DNA from: Rhynchopus sp. YZ270_cl-10
Lineage: Eukaryota
Direction: 5' to 3'
DNA: 64,000 bases
Assembly: GCA_964035575.1 (NCBI GenBank)
Contig: OZ037841.1
Coordinates: 1,364,001-1,428,000 of the forward strand
The notes under the pieces are model-generated. The model saw only the letters and a list, made by a program, of their open reading frames with translations. It was not told the origin of the DNA and ran no database searches. Position numbers and translations under genes: made by a program. Shown here in pieces: positions 55,829-64,000 of the stretch; the first letter of the stretch is position 1; each line of letters starts with the position of its first letter.

Positions 55829-57457
55829 TAGGGGGGGCCACGTATAAGGAATTCCTTAAGGATTTGCTGTCCAAAACCCATTTTTTTGAAATTTAGGTGA
55901 AGAAATCCACTAAGGTGGGCGTGCCTGGCCGCAAATCGCCCTGGGGATCACCCAAATATCCCATTAAACCACCTGACAACCTCTACAGAGACTTTCCTGG
56001 TTAAAAAAAATCGGTTTTTTGTGAAAAATCTCCAAAAATGGCGTCACCAGATCGTCACCAAGATGGCCAAAATGCAACACTTACCAAAAAAAATTTCCAG
56101 TCAGACAAAATTCCTTCTAAACACCCGAAAAACACCTCGGTCCACATCCGGTGGGGTCCCAGGGTGGAAATATATGGTTTTTACAGCTTTTAGGGGTCCT
56201 GTGGGGGCCCCAGATGCATTTTGCAGTGGGTGTGTGTGCCCCAAACGCTTAAAAGTACCCTTTTTTTAGTCACTTTTTTGACTTTTTTTGTACCTGAAAA
56301 CCCCCCAAAAAGTGCTAAGGCAGTCGGAATGGTGTCCAAACACCCAGGAAAATGTCCCCCAGACCTCATGTAGGGTGAAAAATAGCATTTTGGGCACTTG
56401 GGAGGGTTTTATAGGCCATGCAACACTTATGCAACACTTAAGCAACGGCTATGCAACGCCTAGCAGAAGACCGTTTATGTACCAAAAAAAAATAATTTCA
56501 ATTCATTCAAAACACCCAAAAAACACCTCAGTCCACCTCCAATGAGGTCCCGAGGTGGAAATGTGTGGATTTTGCAGCTTTTTGGGGTCCCTGGGGGGTT
56601 TTTGAGGGTGTTTTTTGTGTCTGCAACGCTTAAAATAACGGTACTTCCTCCCCTTTGTTGACGTTTTTCGCACCCAAAACCCAAAAACCCAAAAGGCGTG
56701 TTCAGGCAGTCGCAGAAGTGTCTAAATCCCTCCAAACTGCCCGACAGACCTCCTGAGCTGTGTAAAATCGTACTTGCAGCACTTGCTAGGACTTTTTTGG
56801 TCCCTGAAAATGACAACGTATCCTGTGCCTAAGTGCAGTAAAGCCTTGCTTGCCTCCTCCCATAACCAATGATTCGTGTGAATCCATTGTCGGTGTCCTT
56901 GACCAAGTTGCAAGCCACCACGGAAGGAGCCAGCACCCCGACAACACCGACTCACTGTCGCTGAAACCTAGACATCCTCTACAGTCTAGGTTGGGTTCCG
57001 TCTCTCTCAAGGGAAGAACTTGCCGCAGCACACACCAAAGCGCACCACAAAGGCAGGTCCATGCAAAGCACCCAGAAGCAGCAACTTGAAAAGTACAACA
57101 CTAGAGTGCTTGATCATTCACAAAGACAGAGATGCAGGAATTTGCGGAAGATTGTACACCCCTTGATGACGAAGACATCGGTACGATGAATAAGGAGCCT
57201 CTGGTCGCTATGCTGTCTCAGTGAGCAGTACAGGGATTCTATAGGCATATTAGGGGGTGGAAAAAGGCGGAAAAAGCGGGGAAAAACACCAAAAAATCAG
57301 GAAAAAGTACGAAATAGTGCTCAAAAGTGTGTTTTTCGTGGTTTTGGGTGATTTTTTGGGGGTTTGGGGGGGTTTTTGGGTGTTTTTTCGGGTTTTTCGC
57401 GGGTTTTTACGAAAAAAGTGGTTTTGGACAGCAAAAACGGCCGGACGGCCCCCCCTA
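55829..57457. mobile_element. Probable non-autonomous hAT-like element inserted in a C-run
   Basis: TAGGGGGGGCC ... GGCCCCCCCTA termini with C-homopolymer flanks; internal direct repeats at ~56128 and ~56520. Confidence 0.5.
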
Positions 57458-57632
57458 TCCCCCCCCCCGCATGCACGGCGGAGTCCGCCAAGCCCAGACT
57501 CAATCTCTGTGGCGGACCATGGGCGGACTCGTGCCTCGTTCAAGAGTGTCTGCATGCACACTTTATCAAATTCACTTTACTCAAAGTGAACAACCACGAG
57601 GATCTTTTTGGCCTCTTTCTTTTTTTTTTATC

Positions 57633-57677
57633 AAGGTGACTTAGCACGAGAGGCTTAGGTGCATCTCATAAACTTTT
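57633..57677 (+). other. GNRA hairpin subfamily A, best copy (others at ~7167/7251, 21105, 21674, 30695, 32269, 39882, 44033, 50237, 55758, 58470)
   Basis: Consensus AAGGTGA-CTAAGC-AC-GNRA-G-GCTTAG-GT-TCATCTT-ATAAACTTTT; all copies seen are + strand. Confidence 0.85.
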
Positions 57678-59179
57678 CCTTTTTTTCTCTTTTTTCAATT
57701 CTTCGGTGTGTGACGAATTTCTTTTGTTTATTTTGTGTCCGGGGTCTCGTTAAGAGCGTTTGTCATGGTCCCTGATAGCCACGAGAGTGCTTCTCCAAAT
57801 GCAGTGTGAAAACTCTCAAAATTGCCATGTCGTGTGGCAATAACCAGGGACAGTTTTGATGAGTGTTCTCCCCCTCAATCCATTCACATCCCCCCTCTCT
57901 GGTCGGGAGCCATCATGAAAAGCAAGACACACACAAGATGCACTCCGTTGAAGCCCGTGGTCGAGACTGTTCTAGCCCACCTTTGGTTTCACCGTGCTTC
58001 CTTTTCAGCTTCCGTACCCCCCATTTCCCCTATGCTATATGTTGGAAAGAAAATATTGGAAGATTGTACTAAACTGCACTTTCAAGAAAGAAAGGACGCA
58101 GAGATACCTGCAGGGTTGTTTTTTCCTGTGACCCGTAAAGAAAGCAACTGAAACATGCCTTGTGGCTAAGTAGTATCAGGTTCTTATACTTTAGAGGTGT
58201 TTAGAGACGTGTTGACTTGAATGATGCCAGTCCCCGCATCGTTCAAGTGAGTGTCCAAATATTTTAACCCCCTAGCATTTAACACAAGGAAGGTTTGCAC
58301 CGGTTCTCATAATATGGGAGGGGGTGCGTTGTGTGGCACAGTCCACTATTTTTCTTCTTTTACAATTATCCGACTCCGATGAATAGGGTAACGCACGGTC
58401 CGTTGGATACTTCATCCCCACGTGCATTTTATTGCTTTTGTAATAGAGCCTTCCCTGGTCCTTTTATTTAAGGTGACGAAGCACGTGAGGATTAGGTTCA
58501 TTTTATAACCCTTTTCTTTATTTGCTCTGTGGACACATTAATGAAGAGAATGCAAAATTTCGGAGGCGGTGCTGAACAACTTTTCCGCAACCATTGCGCG
58601 TTGCCCAGTGTGAATTCATCAGAGGGCTAGCTTGTCTGGGAACGTGGGTCAAGCTGGCCGAAGTTGTTGGTTCCTGACCCACGGAATGAACACGACCGCA
58701 AGCAGGCAAAACCCCTGCTGACCTACAATTTTTTTTTGACCCCGATATCTGCAGATTGACACCTTTTTTTTTCAAAACCAAGCTAGTACCCTGAATTCAT
58801 CATAAGCTTTAAAAACGAAACGTGTTCACACCCAAATATATTTAGCTCTCGGGTGATATTCTGCTATTATCAATAGCTGTAACTGCAACTCGCACATCAA
58901 TTAATTGTTGTTTTATTTTCTTTATCTTTTAGAGAGGCCACTCGAGCAATGCTCCGAAGTTTTCCACCCTCCCCCCACTCCCCCACCTCCACACCGCACA
59001 CAACCATCGGATGCCTATGAACAAAGCCATCTCCTTAAATGGCTGGCATCGGATGGCAGGTGTGCGTGCCCTGTAGAGATTCACAGGGCTCCTCTAAGTG
59101 GCCAGAGAGCTGCTCTTTCTGAAGTGCAATGCATGACTGTGTGCGTCCTTCAGGAGTGTTGCCAGGCTAGGTTTTGTTT

Positions 59180-59225
59180 AAGGTACACTGCCGCGAGAGG
59201 GCTTTGTATTTCAAGTCAAGTTTTG
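59180..59225 (+). other. GNRA hairpin subfamily C (also ~31490, ~31654)
   Basis: AAGGTACACTG(T/C)C(A/G)CGAGAGGGCTTTGTATTTCAAGTCAA(C/G)TTTT. Confidence 0.6.
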
Positions 59226-60154
59226 TTTTCCCCCACGTGCCTGCATTCCAAGTGTCCGCACGTTATTTGTGCATGTGTGTAGTTTCTTGTCAAGTTCACC
59301 TTTTTTGTGACAAAATTGTTTTTCTGAAATATCATGGGCAGCGCTTAGGAGGGTGAACGGAACGCCCTCTGTTTTTGTCTGGTAGTATCACTTTAACACT
59401 GTGATTTTGACGGAGGTTTTCACTTTCTCTCATTATTTTTGTTCAACTTCTCTTTTTGTTCCTCTTGTTGTCTATTTCTATGATAACTGCTTACGTCCCG
59501 CACGCACGTAAATACCCCACCTCGCCCCTCCTCCAGAGGGGAACATACAGATTTTGATACAGCAAATTTGCGAAACGGGGAAGGCGTGCTTCGAGCAAAC
59601 AAAGCATAGCGGTTAGGGGTGAACAGACACACATAGGTACCGGCATGTGTACAGCATCTCTGCCATTTTTTGGACGGAAATTGAACCTTGGACCTCGTCC
59701 AACAAAAACAAATCAAATGGCTAAATAATGGTGTAAGACCGAGAGAGAGAGAGACTCTGCCACACTCATCATGGATTAAAGTGAGTCCTCTGTCAAATAG
59801 CCTCTGGGTGACATCTGTTTGTTGAACAGAATCATTCGTTTTTTTTTTCCTTCATTCTTTCCTTTTGCTGCGCGATACTGCAAGAACAAAGAAACTGTCA
59901 CATAAGAATGGGCTGAACTGCTCCTGAACTACCAACGTTGTATCGTCAAAAAAGAGACCCACCCCACCCAACCCTCTGACACTTTACAAATACCCAAATA
60001 ACCCAAGACTACCTTTTGCAATACCAAGGGTGACACTAGAACTTCTTTCCACTTTCTTCTTCGAATCCTTCACTTTTTGATTTTCGTCTCACTTTTTCAC
60101 GTTTTCACCTTTTCACTATACTTCACCCCATCCCCGCCAGGAAGCACACCTACT

Positions 60155-63100
60155 ATGTTGTTATGCGCCATCGCGTACGTCGCCACAGCGTCCACTGCGT
60201 CAACTGTATTCACCACACCCCGCATCGCCTGCACCGTACAATGCCCGCAAGGCTATGCTCCAGCCCCTAATAACCCAACCTGCCCTGCAGGCACACCCTG
60301 CACCGTGCAGGACTGTTGTTGGGAAACCTGCGCTTCAACGGGGGTGGACTGTGTTGCGGGCGACATTGCAGTTTCACCTGAAGTACCTTGCGCACCTATT
60401 GGGGGTATCTGTACGGAACAGACCTGCTGCAAAAAGACGTGCCAGAGCCACTCCTGCACCCAGGGACTCCCGAAGGATGCCCAAGACACACCCTGCCCAG
60501 CAGCAGGGTGCGATGATGCTCTCTGTTGCGAATCTTTCTGTGATAACCACATCTGCAGCGAAGGTGCCAGCCTCACCACACCCCCATCCGCACCATGCAG
60601 GCTTCCCTTCTGCACCGACCACGAATGCTGTGCGCGAACCTGCCAGAGTCACGCTATCTCCTGTCCTAAGGGATATGCCGGTGCCGCAAAGGATACTCCT
60701 TGCTCTCCAGATTTGGACACACCCTGCTCTGCAAAGGAATGCTGTGAATTGACCTGCGCGTCTGCAGCGTCTATTTGTGAGGCTGTGAATAAGAGGGTGG
60801 CGCCGAAGGATGAAGCCGTGCTGTGTCCTGGGCAGCGTTGCAATGAAGGGTTGTGCTGTAGTGCGAAGCTGCCGACCTGTGCGTCCTTTGTTTGTCCTGA
60901 TGTGACTGATATAAAGACGGACCCAGATCATATCTGCTCCTCTGGCTGTGATGTGGTGGAGTGTTGTACAGCGTCCTGTGCACATCCTTCATTTGTGTGC
61001 GCATCTGACCATATCCGCCGCCCGACAGCCCATGCTCTTCCCTGTCCTGGTACCTCCCCTTCCACCTGCAGTGACTCTCTCTGCTGCACCGCACCTGATC
61101 CCACCGCAACCCCAACCACACCCCCAGCTACAACCGCACCGAACACATCAGCACCTTCAACAGAGGCTCCCGACACAGACCCGCCAAGGACGGAGCCGCC
61201 AAGAACAGAAGCTCCGGAGACCGATGCGCCGAGAACTGAATCTCCAAAGACAGAGTCGCCGAGGACAGACGCACCGATGACACCACATCCAAGCACAGTG
61301 TCGCCAGCAACAGAGGCACCAAAAACGGGGGTGCCGGCAACGGGGTCGCCCATGGCATATAGCGAAGCTGTGGGGGCGTTGTTGAGGGTGGTGGAGGTGG
61401 AGGATGGGGACGAGACCGTGCTGCACAACGTATTCCGCTCTGAGGCAGTGCGCACCCCAGGCGGTGTGTCCGCACACTTTGCGGGCACAGTTGTCCCGCT
61501 GGGTGCCCTCGCCTTTGAAGTGCTCTGGCGCGGCACCAACGAAGAAGCCGCACAGAGCATCTTCGTTAACACACCCGACGCTTTCGTCTGCAACGGCGGG
61601 CCCTGCGTCATCATTGTATGTCCCCCCCCAATTTCAGTTTTTCCACATACCTCAACTTTCTCTTTTCCCGCCTGAATAACTGGGGGGCTCAGGAAACAAA
61701 CAAACACTAAATACAACCCCTCTCACATACCCCCATTATTTCCCACATCAAACCCTTTGAATTCAAGATAACCTCACAAGCTTCATCTAATCTCTCTCCC
61801 CTCCATCAGGCAACCAACGTCAACCCTTCCGACTCCTCACACGGGGTATACCAAAGCACAGGAGAGATGGACGGCTTCGCATCAGTCGTGTCAGACGGGG
61901 AAGGCATTGTTGTCACACTCCAGGGCACCTCCTTCCGTGCCTCCGCACCACACAGCGAGGTTCTTACCATACAGTACGCTGCAATGCTGCTCCCTGACGC
62001 CGTTCCTACCGCACTGTGTACCGCACCATCGGACCCCCCCGCTTGCCTCTGCAGCAACGGTACAGCTACACTCTGCTCCCTCGGCGAGGCGATCCACATT
62101 ACCGGAGAGGTCTTCTCTCTCCCCGAGGTTGCCCACCAAAACGAACAAGAAGTTGTCTCCAGCACCGCAATCTTCGCCACTGCAGGAATTACTGCAGTAT
62201 TAGGCGGCAGCGGGGTCAGCTCTGGAGGTGCCTTGGTAAAACTATCATTGATCTCCCGGTCATGCCCTTCTGAGGAGGTGATAGAATTGGATCATATCCT
62301 GAACCCTTTACACTTAAAGCTAGGCTCGCAAGAAAGCATGCGGGAAGTGCACGGCGCTCAGGTAGGTGGCGTGATATTGCTCCTAGCGTTGGCCGTATGT
62401 AGTGCAGGGGTAGCGGGAGTGGTGTGGTGGAGGTTGGGAGGGGAGAGAAGGAGGCAACGAAGGTTTATCAGTGTGAAACGCCGGCTGTATCCTGCAGGGG
62501 TGGATGTGCGTGATGTCGAATGTGAGAAATTTGCGTTGGTTGTTCCCTCCCGCTGGGGTGCGACGGAGATTCGCTACATCCTCGCGCGAGGCAGATTTGG
62601 TTGGCTGCTCATCCCCATTACCTTCATCTTCGGTGGGGCAGTGCTATGCTGTGCTTCGACGCTCTTCTATTCAACGGCTCCCCTCTTCCAAGCGCTTAGT
62701 GCAGTGGAGATTTTTTTGCTTCTCATGTTCGTGATGTATTGTGGTCGGGCTGGAGTTCGTTCTGTAATGTTTGCGGACACAGAGGAGCTCCAGGACCCGG
62801 GGTTTATCAAAAAAATGTTTTGGGGTGAAGTGGAGTGGCAGTTAAGGGAGACCGGGTGTGCGGAGAGTGCGAGGCGTGCCTTTGTATGGGTGGATTTGCA
62901 TCGTCTTGCGTTTGATGGGTTTAAAAAGCATTGTCGCTGCTTTTTTGGGTTTGAATTGCTGGTTACGGCGGCAGTGGCGGGGGTAGCTGCGTGGAACCCA
63001 AATACTACTTCCGCATGCGAAACGAAGTCGTACCTCCTCCTTGGCCTCATGGCAGCGTTTTCGCTTATCCTAATTATTCTCCGACCTTACATTGCTTGGT

Positions 63101-63969
63101 ACGAAAACATCATGGTGTCGTTGGTAGCAGTCGCAGAAACAACCCTTATCCTTCTTGTCATCCTCGCCGCGAGAGAAGACGACGCAGAAGGCTCTGTCTA
63201 CGCGGAGTATGCATCGTACCTCTCCGTTGGTGTGCTCTGGGCGGTGACAGTCAAAACGCTTCTCGATTTGGCGATTTTTGTTATCGATGAACACAGCGTC
63301 TGGACTGAACTTTCTGGCAAAGGCAGTTTCTTGAGACATCTCCTTTTATGCGGCAATACAGTCGGAACAACTGACAACTTTGTTGCGAGAGAGGAGATTG
63401 GGTTAGAAGAAGCACGCATCAGTGATGACGAGGAGAGGAGCGATGAGGAGGACGATGAGGATGATGACGACGAAGATGACAACATGGTCGAAGCACAAAG
63501 CAGCAGCAGTGGCACAGCTACCAACCCGCTCCTCCTGCGCTCCGCAGCGTCGTCGCATACGATGCCCCCCACCCACCACATGCCCCGCGGTGTCTTCGCA
63601 CTCCAACCCCCAGTTGTCAACGTTGTTCCCCTCTCAGACGCAGTGTCCGTTCGCGATTCTATTCGCATTTCTACCGCTGTTGCAAACACAAACCCAGTTG
63701 CCTTCAATAGACCAGCTCCCGGAACTCCGGTAACGACACACCGGGCATACCCCTATCCACAGCGCCAGAGAGGGAACACATTTGGGGGTGTTAGTGGTGG
63801 CAGTAGTGGGGGCATATGGCCTGTGGTCGCAAATTCTGAAGCCCTTGCCCCACCCAAACCCCGTCGCTCCTCCTTCATACAAACACGAAGCCCGTCAGAC
63901 CTGATGCTTCCTCTCGCGGATGATGCTGATGAGCATCCAGGAACACCACCGCCACCGGTGTTGTTGTGA
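60155..63969 (+). CDS. Secreted-type Cys-rich repeat + TEAP stalk + multi-TM membrane protein, 2 exons (60155-61615, 61810-63969)
   Basis: Signal peptide; C..C..C..CC repeats; TEAP repeats. Intron GTATGT...CATCAG (61616-61809) joins in frame to the 700-aa ORF. The TM region resembles the 40220 gene (PLHL, RPY motifs). Confidence 0.85.
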
Positions 63970-64000
63970 GGTTGAAGGAGGAGGAGGAGGAGGAGGTTAT

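Noticed and set aside
57633..57677. Hairpin as group II intron domain V
   Set aside because: Size, GNRA loop and 3' bulge are similar, but the AGC/CGC triad is absent (AGG) and no other intron domains or RT are nearby.
1..64000. tRNA, rRNA, spliced-leader RNA or telomeric arrays
   Set aside because: None recognised by eye; tRNAscan-SE and Rfam scans are needed to exclude them formally.

Overview
Eukaryotic genomic DNA, most likely a euglenozoan protist of diplonemid type. This is inferred from short GT-AG introns, all host genes lying on the + strand, an MLRR-type mitochondrial presequence, a multi-TM class III nucleotide cyclase and T/A/P-rich membrane proteins. About 13 host genes are present: centrin-like EF-hand, a mitochondrial protein, two Ubl-LRR paralogues, a membrane protein, an ankyrin protein, two PDZ paralogues with shared intron positions, a myristoylated Ubl, two mucin-like multi-TM proteins, a cyclase and an EamA transporter. 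They are interleaved with many mobile elements: (1) a 5.2-kb hAT element whose transposase is fused to USP-like and papain/Ulp1/Josephin-like protease domains; (2) a divergent hAT-like transposase with an antisense inverted copy of its own 5' end; (3) a 1.3-kb near-perfect foldback element; (4) a degenerate tyrosine-recombinase retrotransposon with split direct repeats nested in a hAT MITE; (5) two TGGGGTG...CACCCCA MITEs with 5-bp TSDs, each carrying its own expanded microsatellite. The least explained signal is about 20 dispersed, strictly + strand, ~35-45 nt GNRA-tetraloop hairpins in several subfamilies that share a loop but have different stems.
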